64,000 bases of DNA, from positions 1 to 64,000 of the forward strand of contig JBLDXI010000019.1 of the NCBI GenBank assembly GCA_047495785.1. Reading direction: 5' to 3'. Below, one piece after another: positions 30,539 through 42,840 of the stretch; positions within the stretch are counted from its first letter, which is position 1; the number at the start of each line of letters is the position of its first letter. This DNA is from Lepidodermella squamata (lineage: Eukaryota; Animalia; Gastrotricha). The notes below the pieces were generated by a model. The model was given only the letters and a program-made list of their open reading frames with translations, did not search any database and was not told the origin of the DNA. A program made the position numbers and the translations under genes.

Positions 30539-31687
30539 ATGCTACTAAAGAGCGTCTCATTTTACTGCTTCATTGCTATTGTGGTTGCCCTGGACGAGGC
30601 CTATTTCCCAGCAGTTGAGCTACTGTTAGAAAATTGCAACGTCCGAACGTCGATAAATTCGCCTAACGAAGTCGCAGGAAAAGCCACAAATCTATCTGTC
30701 ACGCTGTTCATCGACCGATTTCACGGCATCGATGATGTGGAAGAGACTTTCGCGTTCAACGGCGCAATTCACCTTATTTGGCAAGTACCATGCGTGGCGC
30801 AATTCGTCAGAAACACCTCAAACAATTGGCCGAAGCACTTGTTTGGAGAAATGTATGAAGTACCAACCAAGAACATGTGGTTTCCACCTTTAACGCTACG
30901 AAACTCGTACGGACAAACGGCGCTAGATGCGGCGGAAGACAACACGTTCCGAAGCTTGGTAATGTTCCCGTCCGGAGGCGTCTTCATAGGCAGTTACACC
31001 GGAATATTTACTACAACATGCGACTTGGAGTTGTTTCAATTCCCATTCGACAGTCAGACATGTGCCCTCGACATTTCAACCCGCACACCTGATCATCACC
31101 TTAACATCAATGAGGCTAATTTCGTGATCAGCCCAGGAGCATCAGATACTTACATGCCCTCGAATTCAAACTGGGATATAGTGCGAAACCAATCATCTCT
31201 AGGCAAAATACCGTTTCCACCATTTGGTAACTTCTCATTTGCAAGGCTTTCGATCACTTTGAAGCGGAAATCTGAATTCATTGTCATCGGCATTTTAGTG
31301 CCCAGTTTCATATTAAACAGCTTGATTTTTGCGTCCTTTGCAATTCCAGCAACTGAACCCGACCGGCCAGCCTTTGCCTGTGCAGTCATGTTGTCGATCG
31401 TGGTTATGCAAGGCCAGTTAGGTGCATCAGTCCCGGCAACCCCAAAACCCATGGTCACTGAATTCTATTTAGTGGGCGTGGTCGTGTTCTCAGCCATCGT
31501 TGCTATGTACTCTGCTGCTATGTGTGGCTTCACGACGCTGTGGCCTGAGAAAGCTGAACGAAAGGTTCAAGTGAACAAATCAGACATGCGACTGTTTTTA
31601 CTTATTGACGTTATATCCTTTGCTATCCATTTTGCCCTAATGACAATATTCTATATAATCACTTTCGCACTCCTGCTGCTTTCGTAG
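30539..31687 (+). CDS. Intronless divergent Cys-loop ligand-gated ion channel subunit, copy 1
   Basis: Signal peptide, WFPPLTLRN (loop A), Cys-loop CDLELFQFPFDSQTC, pre-M1 LKRK, four TM helices and a very short M3-M4 loop. Confidence 0.92.
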   Translation: MLLKSVSFYCFIAIVVALDEAYFPAVELLLENCNVRTSINSPNEVAGKATNLSVTLFIDRFHGIDDVEETFAFNGAIHLIWQVPCVAQFVRNTSNNWPKHLFGEMYEVPTKNMWFPPLTLRNSYGQTALDAAEDNTFRSLVMFPSGGVFIGSYTGIFTTTCDLELFQFPFDSQTCALDISTRTPDHHLNINEANFVISPGASDTYMPSNSNWDIVRNQSSLGKIPFPPFGNFSFARLSITLKRKSEFIVIGILVPSFILNSLIFASFAIPATEPDRPAFACAVMLSIVVMQGQLGASVPATPKPMVTEFYLVGVVVFSAIVAMYSAAMCGFTTLWPEKAERKVQVNKSDMRLFLLIDVISFAIHFALMTIFYIITFALLLLS

Positions 31688-31881
31688 AAAATCGTCTGCA
31701 TCTTCTAAAAGTTTCAAGCGATGTTTAAAGATTAGCAAGCTCGAACTAAGCATATCTTCAAGTTATCTTTGCGGCCTGCCTTACACAGGTTCATGCAATG
31801 TTGTGCGCGCAATCTAGCCTTCTTTCACATTCAAAGGGAATAAAAAATCACTGGCTACGGTTGGGCTTTGGGTGTCCAAAA

Positions 31882-32153
31882 CCCGAACGAAAATTTATAC
31901 ATTATTTTCTGGGTCATTTTGCCATTAATTTGAAATATCCCAAAAATCCCTACAATGTCGGTAGAAAACCCTAAAAAATAACCAGAAAAAGCTCTAAAAA
32001 TGTCGGAGGCTTTCGAGGTCAAAGTTCAGCGCATTGTTTAGGGGTTTTTGGTTATTTTTCAGGGATTTTTACCGAGTTTGTTCAGGAATTTTTGGGATAT
32101 TTCAGATTAATGGCAAAATGACCCGGAAAATAATGTATAAATTTTCGTTCGGG
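31882..32153. mobile_element. MITE with ~65-bp or longer TIRs (CCCGAACGAAAATTT...)
   Basis: cccgaacgaaaatttatacattattttc...tgccattaat at the left is mirrored by attaatggca...gaaaataatgtataaattttcgttcggg at the right; possible 2-bp AA TSD. Confidence 0.82.
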
Positions 32154-32339
32154 AACGTGTTTTTCTTAGCAGCTGTGCTGTGTTTTCGACCCCGCTGAGT
32201 CTGATTTTTACTTCAAATTATTGCCAAGTGTGCAGTAGTAAATTATATAAATTATATTGGATGGAAGAGGTCGAAGATTCATTTTTGTTCCACAAAATTA
32301 CACATGTTTCGGACTTGATTTTTTGCTGGCATCGCATTT

Positions 32340-32543
32340 TCACCTGGTCCCGCAGATTTTCCTCAGCCTTGGTTCATCGTAGCGAATGAAAGGCGTGACG
32401 ATTTTGGCGATGGTACAAGCAAACTTCGCGGATCCACTTTTGGGCCTTTCGGACTTGGATGTAGTTCCACAGTGGCTGGAGTAGCCTTGCACACCGCCAA
32501 CGCTCGACTCGCTCGTAGATCGAATGGACAATTTTTGCGGCAT
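32340..32543 (-). CDS. Putative micro-protein (YDEPRLRKI family, type A copy 2)
   Basis: Same start and stop context as 27897-28097, and one codon longer. Confidence 0.4.
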   Translation of the reverse strand: MPQKLSIRSTSESSVGGVQGYSSHCGTTSKSERPKSGSAKFACTIAKIVTPFIRYDEPRLRKICGTR

Positions 32544-33156
32544 AAGTATGAATTTTCCTGAAATCGGAGCTCAAATAATAACAAATCTAAACAAAATGAG
32601 AAAAATATCGCTCAATCAAATCCATGACCGGGAAGTCGAAGTTCAATCCTACTCAAAACTTGAAAAATAATAAAATATAAAAAATTCCCGTTAGTTTTTT
32701 ATTGAAATTGAAGTTGAAATTTGCCTGAATTCTCCAAGAGAAAATATTAACGGGCAATTCCTTTGTTATCTAAAAATTCCGGCTCGGTTGGCTCAAGGAA
32801 TCAAAAGAAGTATCAAAATACTGAAGCTTTCATAACTAGGTTGAAGGTCGATTACTAGAAATAAAAAGGCAGAGTTGTTTTGGCATCAATTGCCCACCGC
32901 ATGTTTACAACATCAGCAACGGAGCCAATTTGCGTCACATGTAAGATGCGTGTATAAGATTATTTATTGTTGCTATTTCTGTTTTTCCGCACGTCATTTG
33001 TTACCTAGTTCTGACTATTTTTTATTACACGCTCTTGTTGCAACATAAAGACCCAGTTTTTTTCGATTATCGCGTTCTCCATTCGTACCTGCGACGCATT
33101 CTTCTGATTGGTGTATTTCTTTCGTATTTTGGGAATACGAAATTTCGCAATAGTGA

Positions 33157-34641
33157 TTGGGATCCAGCTCAATCCAGCGTCTCCCAGAGTCATATAGGCC
33201 CGTGTCGCTCCTGCCAACGCTGGCCAAAGGTTTGGAAACTATTGTTGCCAAATTTCTATACTATTTTATCGAAAAACACAAACTTCTGCCTGCCCACCAA
33301 TTCGGTTTTCGCTCACTTAGGTCCACCATCGATGCAATTTTCCTTTTCATCAGTGATATTGGTATAGCCCTGTCTAAAAAATATAAATATAAATTAGTTG
33401 CTCTTCTGTTGGATTTTAAAGCCGCTTTCGACTGCATCTGGCGCGATGGTCTTAGGTACAAACTAAAACAGTCTGGTGTTCCTACTTCAATTGTTAGATG
33501 GATTTCCGACTTCTTAAAAGACAGGTCATTCCGGGTAAGAGTAGGATCCGAACTCAGCGATAGTAAAAATATTTTTTGCGGCGTACCACAGGGGTCGCCT
33601 TTGTCTCCTCTACTTTTTATTTTTTACGCGGCAGAAATGCAGCCAAAGTCTTTCGCCCCGGACGACGGCATGCGCCGAGTTGGGAAGGCGACCTTCGCCG
33701 ACGACGCGATTAATTGGGCATATGGGAAAGACTACGCCTCATGTGTCAAGCGGCTCCAGCGACGCCTCACGGCGACTGAAAAATTGTGCAATCGTTGGCG
33801 CTTGAAACTTAACCCTTGCAAATGTGAGGCGATGATCTTAGGACATTACGGCGGAACACCGCCAACTGTGCTACTTCAGCTCTATGGGCAACCCATTCCT
33901 CAAGTGACTAAGGTGCGATATTTGGGCCTTAACTTAACGCCACAACTGTCGTGGAAGTATCATGTTAATTGTATCGCGGCTAATCTTAAGCCCCGCGTCG
34001 GTGCCTTGTATGGCCTGGCGCGGCGCCATGTCCTCGAAAAGCGGCTGTGCTTGTCTTTTTATAGGACGCTTTTAGAATCTGTTATTATTTACGCGGCGCC
34101 CGCGTTTTACTGCCAGCCTCCCTCGACAAAACAGCACCTTCTTGATCTACAGGCCCACGCCCTTCGAGCCCTCCTTGACTTGCCCTATGAGACCGACCCT
34201 ATCGACGTCATTGCCTATGCCCGCGTCGAAGCTATTGATGATGTTTTTGAAAACGCCCTTAAGAACTATGGCTCTCGCTCCATGGCATGCGGCCTTGAGG
34301 TGGCTGAATACCTGAAGGTCGTCGCGGAAATACAGCCTGCCAATGAAACAGCGCGACAAGTGCTTGAAAGCAAATGCCCTGCGTGGCATCTTCGAAACGC
34401 AGTAGCTTCCTCAGCTGCGACAATTGATAGCCGCCAATGGATTTTAATATAACGCTCCAACTACATTGAACGTTTTTACATTGCGAATTCTAATAGACAG
34501 CTACGAATGGCATGATACCACTTCTACCCTCATTTTATATATTTTTACACTACATACATGATTGTTTTGATACATTTTACTCGTTATGAGGCTCGAGTCA
34601 ACGCGCCGAGAGCGTCTATGACGGATGGTGGTACAAATAAA
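33157..34641 (+). mobile_element. 5'-truncated non-LTR retrotransposon (LINE) with an open RT frame to 34452
   Basis: SYRPVSLL, HQFGFR, LLDFKAAFD, GVPQGSPLSPLLF, FADD, LNP.KC and RYLG; AATAAA at 34636. Absent from the paralogous position in duplication unit A. Confidence 0.92.
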
Positions 34642-35958
34642 ATCCTTCACATGCCAATTTCAACAATCATGTTTGATCAAACTGGAATTATTCTTCGGAA
34701 ATCCTTGCTGAAAAAATTCGGAACTAAGCCTCTTTCCTCTAGAGAGAAACCTTGATATTCTGATGAGCTATCTTGAACTTTTAACCTGATTCGGCTCATT
34801 TATTCCCGTTGCCTCTATACATCTATTTAGGGGCACAAAATACCGAGAAATTCTGCCATTTTATTTATTAACGATGCCATCGTTAGAGATGTTCATTAGA
34901 TGCGTGCGATATTTTCCGAAGGCTCGTCATACCGAAGAATAGGCGTGAGAATTTTCACGAAAATCACCGTAAATTTCGAAGCAAAACCATGAATTGCAGC
35001 AGCTCGCTCTTTACTGATCAGCTTTATTGACAGAAATTTGTCGGAAAATTTGTAATTAATCTCAAAAAATTGTGAACATTCTGGGCTTGTTCTTTGATGA
35101 CAGCCTGAATAGACGCTCCCCAATAATATGGTTAACTAACTAGAAAATTAACTAGAAAATCATCGCCAGGAGTTGAAAATAGCATTAAATTCTGGCATTT
35201 GAATTTCACCAACCCAAACAAAAAAAGAAGATCGCAAATTAGTCCTCGGTCAAAATATTATAAAAAATAAAAAGACCAGGAAAATTTGGTTTGAAGAGTA
35301 GTTAAGAACAGCTTTTGCATGTGCTGTTATGCTATCAATCATATCGCAGGTCCAGTTTGGAGCTTCTTTCGCTAGAACTCCGACACCGAGTAAAATGCAG
35401 CAACTTCCAAAGAATCAGCCTAGTTAGCGTTGTTGCTAAATGTTACTCCAATGATACTCCAATGATATTCCAAATAAATCAAGGCACCGTGGCACCCATG
35501 GGGTGTTTCAAAGAAAAAGAACTGGTATGCGTTTTTTAGTCCGGCCTGCTAATATTTCAGTTATTTGGACTCTTTTTCGAATAAAATGGAGCGATCTAAG
35601 ACACGGAACAACGGACTAGAAAACACACACGTGGGCAGAATAATGAAGACGAGTGGCGGCTTTGATTGCTGAATTTTTTTCGAACTGAGAGTCTCTAAGC
35701 ATATATGCGCTCGCTCAATTATTTCTCATTTCTCAGGTTCGACAGCAGAATTTACGCAATTTTTTGGTTGGACGCCGCTATACTTTTAGGCTTAGGAAAT
35801 TTCCAAGTAACCAGATTATTTTTAAAGACCTGCAAATAAAAAATTGATTTTGACCTAATATTTATTGTGCGTGAATTTTTCAAAATGTTTTCCTTCAATT
35901 TAATTTGCTTAGCTGTCATCTGAGTATTTTTTTAGTTCAAACTTCGAACAATTTCAAA

Positions 35959-37107
35959 ATGTTACTTGGAAGCATCTCCTTCAGCTGCTGTATTGCTGCT
36001 GTGGTTTCCCTGAACGAGGCCTATTTTCCAGCTGTTCAGCTACTGATAGAAAACTGCAACGTCCACACGTCAATAAATTCGCCCAACGAAGTCGCAGAGT
36101 TATCTACAAATCTATCCATCTTAGTGTTTATCGACCGATTTCTCGGCATCAATGACGTGGAAGAGACTTTTACGTTCAACGGCGCAATTAACCTTTTTTG
36201 GGAAGTACCATGCGTAGCGCAGTTCGTCAGAAACACCTCGAACAATTGGCCGAAACACTTATTTGGAGAAATGATTGAAGTACCAACCGAGAATATGTGG
36301 TTTCCACCTTTAACGCTACGTAATGCTTACGGACAAACCGCGTTAGATGCGGCTGATGACAGTACGTTTCGAAGCTTGACCATTTTCCCTTCAATTGGCC
36401 TCTTCATCGGCAGTTACACTGGAATATTTACTACTACATGCGACTTGGAACTGCTTCGATTCCCGTTCGACAGTCAAACCTGCGTCCTCGACATCTCATC
36501 CCGCGCACCTAAACGCCATGTTAATGTCAATGAGGCTTATTTCTCGATCGGCCCGGGAGCATCAGACACTTTCATTCCATCTAATTCCAACTGGGAAATA
36601 TTGCGAAACCAATCGGCTCTAGGCACGGTATGGGTTCCACCATTTGGCTACTTCTCATTTGCGAGGATTTCGATCTCTTTGAAACGGAAATCTGAGTTCA
36701 TTGTAATCGGCATTTTGGCGCCCAGTGTCATTTTAAACGGCTTGATTTTTGCCTCCTTTGCAATTCCAGCAACCGAACCAGACCGGCCAGCCTTTGCCTG
36801 TGCCGTCATGTTGTCGATCGTGTTTATGCAAGGCCAGTTAGGCGCAACTGTTCCAGCCACTCCGAGACCGATGGTCACTGGATTCTACTTGGTGGGCGTA
36901 GTTGTGTTCTCAGCAATCGTTGCCATGTACTCAGCCATCATGTGCGGTTTCACTAAGCTGTGGCCTGAGAAAGCTGAACGAAAAGTTCGATTTCACAAAT
37001 CTGACATGCGACTGTTCTTACTCATCGACTTAATATCCTTCACTATTCATTTTGCCTTCGTGGCAATATTCTATTTCTTCATTTTCGCTCTCCTACTGCT
37101 TTCGTAG
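35959..37107 (+). CDS. Intronless divergent Cys-loop channel subunit, copy 2
   Basis: Close paralog of copy 1; Cys-loop CDLELLRFPFDSQTC. Confidence 0.92.
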   Translation: MLLGSISFSCCIAAVVSLNEAYFPAVQLLIENCNVHTSINSPNEVAELSTNLSILVFIDRFLGINDVEETFTFNGAINLFWEVPCVAQFVRNTSNNWPKHLFGEMIEVPTENMWFPPLTLRNAYGQTALDAADDSTFRSLTIFPSIGLFIGSYTGIFTTTCDLELLRFPFDSQTCVLDISSRAPKRHVNVNEAYFSIGPGASDTFIPSNSNWEILRNQSALGTVWVPPFGYFSFARISISLKRKSEFIVIGILAPSVILNGLIFASFAIPATEPDRPAFACAVMLSIVFMQGQLGATVPATPRPMVTGFYLVGVVVFSAIVAMYSAIMCGFTKLWPEKAERKVRFHKSDMRLFLLIDLISFTIHFAFVAIFYFFIFALLLLS

Positions 37108-38126
37108 AAAACAACTTGAAAAATTACGGTTGTGGAAAAATTTTTGGGCAAGTGTGTTTGTGCAAGTACAAGTAAATCGAATCTTGAACGATGCAATCTC
37201 GAAGTATCTTTGAGCTATCTTTGCCACCTGCCTTAGAAGTACACGCAATTTTGCGCAAAATTTTGCCAATTCTTCTTTCACCTGTCAGCCTACTTTTCCT
37301 TTTGGAGCACAACTCAGGAATAATGTTAGAATTCCATCTGATACCTAAGTATTAGTAGGCTATCGATATTCAATTTTATGATCCATAATGGTTTAATCAT
37401 GCTTCTGACGATGCTTGAACTTGATAAGCGCTTGTATAAGCAAGTAGACTCTACTTCTGACGTGGCACGTGGCACCGTGGTGGTTCATAACCTCCGCTTA
37501 GAATTACTCTTCAAAAATGAGCATGAAATAAAAAGTCAATAAGTTATTACTCAACCAGGTGCAATTTCAATTTAGTTCGATGTTCGATGTTCAAAAATGG
37601 TCACGTTTATCATTTCAAGCCGGCTACCTCTTCGATACTTGAGCATAAATGAAGCGAGATGATATGCAAATTCTTATGGAGGCATTTTCGATGAAGCTTG
37701 TCAGGGATTAGAAATAAACTTACCTTCTAGATACTGGGCAATGAGCGAAAGACGAAGACGAGCGGCGGCTTTGATAGCAGAATTATCTTCAACTGAGTCA
37801 CTAAGCATATAACTATTTTCGCTCGCCCAATTATTTCCGGCAACCAGAAAATGGTTTCGAGATCCGCAGATAAAAATTGATTTTGATCAAATATTTGGCG
37901 TGTAAATTTTTCAGAATAATGAACTTCAAGTTAATTTCAGCTGCAATTTGAGTTTTTCAGTTCAAACGATTCGAAAGTTTTACAGAGGAGCGTCTATTGC
38001 TGCTGTGGTTGCTAGTGAATTCAATGGTGGCATAAATCGATGATATGAATGCCAATGTTTAATAAGAAGCTGAAATTAATAGAATTTCTGCTGGAATCCT
38101 GTTTGCGCTTCATTCGAATTTTTATC

Positions 38127-39272
38127 ATGCTGTCGAGGTGCGTTCTATTTTGCTGCTTTATCGCCACTGTTGCGACATTAGACGAGAGCTATTTTCCGGC
38201 CGTTGACATTTTAAGAGGCAATTGCCACATCGACGCATCGGCTAATTCGCCAAATGAAGTCGCTGGGCTTGCTACGAATCTAACTGTCACTGTGATAATA
38301 GACAGATTCCTCGGCATCGACGACGTAGCAGAAATCTTTTCGTTCAGAGGTGGAATACACCTGCTTTGGCATGTTACATGCGTGGGAAATTTTGTCAACA
38401 ACGCCTCTAACAAATGGCCGGCTCATTTCTATACAGAAATAACCGAAGTTCCAACTGAAAATCTGTGGTTCCCGCCGCTAAAACTACGCAACTCATTTGG
38501 TCAGACCGCGTTAGATGCTCCTAATGAAGACACGTTTCGAAGTATGAATATATGGCCATTCGACGGGGGGTTTCAAGGCAGCTACACTGGGAAATTTACG
38601 ACGACCTGCGACTTGGAACTGTTTAGATTTCCTTTCGACTATCAAACTTGTGTCATTGTGATTGCAAGTCGGCTTCACAATCGTCATGTAAACATAAATA
38701 AGGCGGCACTCGTAAAATCTATGAGTAGGAGTAGCCACATGCCCTCGAATTCGAATTGGGAAATGATACGGAATGATTCCTTTATCGATACAATCGAATC
38801 AGGCAAGGATAGGTATTCAGACGCTGTAATTTCGATCTCGCTGAAACGTAAGCCTCAATTCGTCATCATCAGCCTGTTGGCGCCGAGTGTCATATTGAAC
38901 GGGCTAATTTTCGCATCATTCGCTATCCCAGCAACCGAACCAGACCGGCCAGCTTTTGCCTGTGCTGTCATGTTATCCATAATGTTTATGCAGAGCCAAT
39001 TTGGAGCCTCGGTCCCAGCTAGCCCGAAGCCGATACTTTGCGAGTTCTACTTGGTGGGCGTTATCGTCTTCTCGGCTGTTGTAGCAATGTACTCAGCCTT
39101 CATGTGTGGCTTTACAAAACTATGGCCTGAAATAGCTGAGCGGAAAATCAAACTGAATAGATTCGAGGGCAGACTGTTCTTATTTGTAGACTTGGTGTCA
39201 TTTATTATCCATTTCGCTTGCATATCGCTTTTTTATGCGGTGATCTTCTCTTTACTTATTGTCTACCAATAA
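38127..39272 (+). CDS. Intronless divergent Cys-loop channel subunit, copy 3 (most diverged)
   Basis: Cys-loop CDLELFRFPFDYQTC and the same TM region; distinct loop C region IDTIESGKDRYS. Confidence 0.92.
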   Translation: MLSRCVLFCCFIATVATLDESYFPAVDILRGNCHIDASANSPNEVAGLATNLTVTVIIDRFLGIDDVAEIFSFRGGIHLLWHVTCVGNFVNNASNKWPAHFYTEITEVPTENLWFPPLKLRNSFGQTALDAPNEDTFRSMNIWPFDGGFQGSYTGKFTTTCDLELFRFPFDYQTCVIVIASRLHNRHVNINKAALVKSMSRSSHMPSNSNWEMIRNDSFIDTIESGKDRYSDAVISISLKRKPQFVIISLLAPSVILNGLIFASFAIPATEPDRPAFACAVMLSIMFMQSQFGASVPASPKPILCEFYLVGVIVFSAVVAMYSAFMCGFTKLWPEIAERKIKLNRFEGRLFLFVDLVSFIIHFACISLFYAVIFSLLIVYQ

Positions 39273-40396
39273 AATACTACTTTGGCTTGCATTCACCACT
39301 CAACTTAGACAATTGTGGTGCTCCAAGGCTGTCATTCTTTCCGTTCGTAGAATTTCCTAGCTTGAAGTTTCTAGTTTTCTTACACTTGGCGTTCCTGTTC
39401 CTATTGAATTTCTCATGTTTCAACTTATTCAAGTAATAACGCGCCGAAAGCTTCTTATGACGGAATGAATTGGTTTGTGTGGGCTCTATAGCTCCCTCAG
39501 CCGGTAGCTGTTGGTGGTGCCTTTAGCTTTCACCACAGACCTCAGAACACAGATGATTACGGGCCGAAAGCAAGATGATAGAACTCATTGGAAGAAGTTT
39601 TGCTTGATTAATTTAGCTGTGGTTTGGCTAAGCTTGAGACAGGCAGTCAGCTAGACCTTCGACTTGCGTCTCCGGATCTTCAAGGGTGGTTTCACGTGCC
39701 TTTGTCCAAGGAAATAAAGTTTAGGCGAAAGTAGTGAGAATGTGTTCACCCCCAATGGCTTCTTCGAGGTTTGACACGGAGCCAAGAGAGCCTCAAATCA
39801 GAGATTGCAAAGTTAAGGCGCGCACGTTTTACACACGCTATGGTAAAGCCAAGCTAAAACTAAGGTTCCGGCAATGTTTTACACGCTTAGAGTTGGTAAG
39901 CTGGGTGCCGTTTGAACTGAACTTCCTAATTATCAACTCAAAAGCTGCGAGAGATCCAAGGGAGAAGAGTGGTACAAACAAAAAATCATGATTGCGAATA
40001 CGCGAATTATGTACCATGGTTGCTGCAGAAGAATCGATCGCTCTTGTCTAAATTCACTAGACTATTACTATTACCTTTGCATAATATTTGCTCCTAATTT
40101 TTACGTGCGCACATAATAAGTAGTACGCGATGAGTTTTCGATTCTTATATTCGCCATAACAGAATTCATGCAATTTTTAGTTAGACCCGGTTATACAACA
40201 GTAAACATCATGGTTTGAAATTTCCGGCAGAATTAGTCCGATTATGTTCAAAGATATGTAGATAAATTGATTTTGATCAAATATTTGGTGCGTTAAAATT
40301 TTCAGATTAATAAAATGTTCTCCTTCACTTTAATTTTTCAACTGCCATCTGACGTTCAAATAAAGTTCATAATGTTCGCAGTTAATAGTTCATAAT

Positions 40397-41536
40397 ATGT
40401 TACTGAGGAGAGCCTTGTTCTTGTGCTGCTTCATTGCCTTAAACGAGGCCTATTTTCCAGCTGTTGAGCTGCTGATAGAAAACTGCAACGTCCACAAATC
40501 AATAAATTCGCCTAACGAAGTCGCAGAATTATCTACAAATCTATCCATCACGGTATTTATCGACCGATTTCTCGGCATCAATGACGTGGAAGAGACTCTT
40601 AAGTTCAACGGCGCAATTCACCTTGCTTGGCTAGTACCATGCGTAGCGCATTTCGTGAGAAACACCTCGAACAATTGGCCAAAACACTTATTCGTAGAAA
40701 TGTACGAAGTCCCAACCGAGAATATGTGGTTTCCACCGTTAACGCTACGGAATTCTTACGGACAAACTGCATTAGATGCGGCTGATGACAACACGTTCCG
40801 AAGCTTGATGATGTTCCCATCCGATGGCCTCTTCATCGGCAGTTACACCGGAATATTTACTACAACATGCGACTTGGAACTGTTCCGATTCCCTTTCGAC
40901 AATCAAACCTGCCTCCTCGAAATTTACTCTCGTGTACCTAAACATCATGTTAGCATCAATGAGGCTAGGTTCTTGATCGGCCCGGGAGCATTAGAAAGTT
41001 TCATGCCTTCGAATTCCAACTGGAAAATATTGCGAAACCAATCGTCCCTACCCACGGTATGGCTTCAAAACTTCGGTTACTACTCATTTGCAAGGATTTC
41101 GATCACTTTGAAGCGGAAATCTGGATTCATTGTCCTCGGCATTTTGGCGCCCAGTTTCATATTAAACGGCCTAATTTTTGCTGCCTTTGCAATTCCAGCA
41201 ACCGAACCTGACCGGCCAGCTTTTGCTTGTGCCGTCATGTTGTCGATCGTGGTTATGCAAGGCCAGTTAGGTGCATCAGTCCCGGCAACCCCAAAACCCA
41301 TGGTCACTGGATTCTACTTACTCGGCGTGGTCATATTCTCAGCCATCGTTGCCATGTACTCAGCCTTCATGTGTGGTTTTACTAAGCTGTGGCCTGAGAA
41401 AGCTGAACGAAAAGTTCGGGTGAACAAATCAGACATGCGACTGTTTTTACTTATTGACATTATTTCCGTCACTTTGCATTTTGCGTTCATGGCAATGTTC
41501 TATATCATCGTCTTCGCTCTCCTACTGCTTTCGTAG
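40397..41536 (+). CDS. Intronless divergent Cys-loop channel subunit, copy 4
   Basis: Cys-loop CDLELFRFPFDNQTC; paralog of copies 1 and 2. Confidence 0.92.
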   Translation: MLLRRALFLCCFIALNEAYFPAVELLIENCNVHKSINSPNEVAELSTNLSITVFIDRFLGINDVEETLKFNGAIHLAWLVPCVAHFVRNTSNNWPKHLFVEMYEVPTENMWFPPLTLRNSYGQTALDAADDNTFRSLMMFPSDGLFIGSYTGIFTTTCDLELFRFPFDNQTCLLEIYSRVPKHHVSINEARFLIGPGALESFMPSNSNWKILRNQSSLPTVWLQNFGYYSFARISITLKRKSGFIVLGILAPSFILNGLIFAAFAIPATEPDRPAFACAVMLSIVVMQGQLGASVPATPKPMVTGFYLLGVVIFSAIVAMYSAFMCGFTKLWPEKAERKVRVNKSDMRLFLLIDIISVTLHFAFMAMFYIIVFALLLLS

Positions 41537-42215
41537 AAAATTGCTTGCGATGTAAGATTCAATCGTGGCTAAGCAGAGCTAGCAGAGCCTCATCGGTCCC
41601 AGCTAGCCCAAAGCGGATGCTTTGTGATTTCTCCAAAATAAAGTCACGAAATGAAATCTTCAATATTCAAATCGCCAAGCTCTTTATTATTGTTTGCAAA
41701 AATCATCATTCAACGATTTCAGCGAATATCAAAAAATGCCTCAGGACGCCCTAAATTGCGCAATTTTGGGAACACGCAACGGGCGCCGAATAAAAACACA
41801 TATATTCGGTTGAGGACAGTAAATTTGGCCCGTCTGATCCATGATGTGCATCAGGTCGACTGTGATCCTCCGATTGCAGTGGCGCTGTAGGGACCCACTT
41901 GATGGTCCGATCGGCGTGGCTCTTCTGAGCCAAATGCCCCAGTAGGTTAGGGGGGGGGGGGCAATTTTGGGGGACTTGGTCCGCGGCAAATCCCTATTTT
42001 CTTTTTCAAAAATTTACATACTAATATTTTTTTCTCAGATTATGAAAGCGAAATAATTAATAAAAATTCAAAGGGCGCTTTTGGTGACCAGGGAACATCC
42101 GAATTGGTCACTCAATACGTAATACGTAAATCAAGGTAATGTATTGGGATTTTTAGGAGCTGACAAATTTTCGCCAAGTCCATTCGAAAATGAAACGAAA
42201 ATCATTTTATTCGAA

Positions 42216-42525
42216 GGGAGGCACGATGGCTCAGTTGGGTCGTTGAGCTACTGTGTATCTGAGGGGATATCGCTCGGGACTGGGTTCAAGTCCTAGTGAC
42301 GGAACCAGGATCGAGTCCCCCCTCGGCCCCGCGGTGGTTTTACCAATCCATCGCGTTACAAAATAGAAAATTGGGAGGCTGGGAGTGTCAGCTAGACTGC
42401 ACCAGTCGAAATCCGTCATACGGAAATGTTCATCTCAATCTCTTACGATAAGACCTAGGGTTAGAGTAAGTGGCATGCCCTTCTAGCCCTCAAAGTTCGC
42501 TTTGAAAAAGAAATTATTATTATTA
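42216..42525 (+). mobile_element. tRNA-derived SINE
   Basis: A box TGGCTCAGTTGG (42227), B box GGTTCAAGTCC (42283), ~310 bp long, (TTA)n tail. Confidence 0.72.
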
Positions 42526-42654
42526 TATATTTCTCCTTAAACATCGAACATCGATGACGTTGCATAACAAATGCAATTTGGACGGCAATTTTATATGTCG
42601 AAAATTGTTCGGCCAAGTTCGTCCACGCACGAACATGTTTGACCACTTCTCAAG

Positions 42655-42840
42655 ACGTTCGACTAGGTTAGACCATCTGGTGCCGAAAGGTTCAAACAGG
42701 CCAAAACAGCTTCGGCTAGGTTCGACCAAGCTAAAAAAGGTTCGGCTAGGTTCGGCTAGGTTCGACCAAGCTAAAACTGGTTCGACTAGGTTCGGCTAGG
42801 TTCGACCAAGCTATAATTGGTTCGACTAGGTTCGACTAAC
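42655..42840. repeat. 10-bp-period minisatellite (GGTTCGACTA/GGTTCGGCTA variants)
   Basis: Repeated ggttcg(a/g)cta and ggttcgaccaagcta units. Confidence 0.85.

Larger units (their letters stand above)
27780..37300. repeat. Tandem segmental duplication: unit A ~27.8-31.8 kb, unit B ~32.2-37.3 kb (B carries a LINE insertion)
   Basis: Collinear similar blocks: 27.8-28.3k/32.2-32.8k, 28.7-29.04k/32.8-33.13k, 29.1-29.6k/34.7-35.06k, 30.2-31.7k/35.6-37.1k. Confidence 0.85.

Noticed and set aside
42216-42300. Possible tRNA gene
   Set aside because: A and B boxes are present but there is no proper acceptor or anticodon stem; it continues into a body and (TTA)n tail, so it is called a SINE.
42655-42840. 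CRISPR-like or tRNA-array interpretation of the GGTTCGA repeats
   Set aside because: The period is 10 bp with no unique spacers and no cloverleaf; this is a eukaryotic minisatellite.
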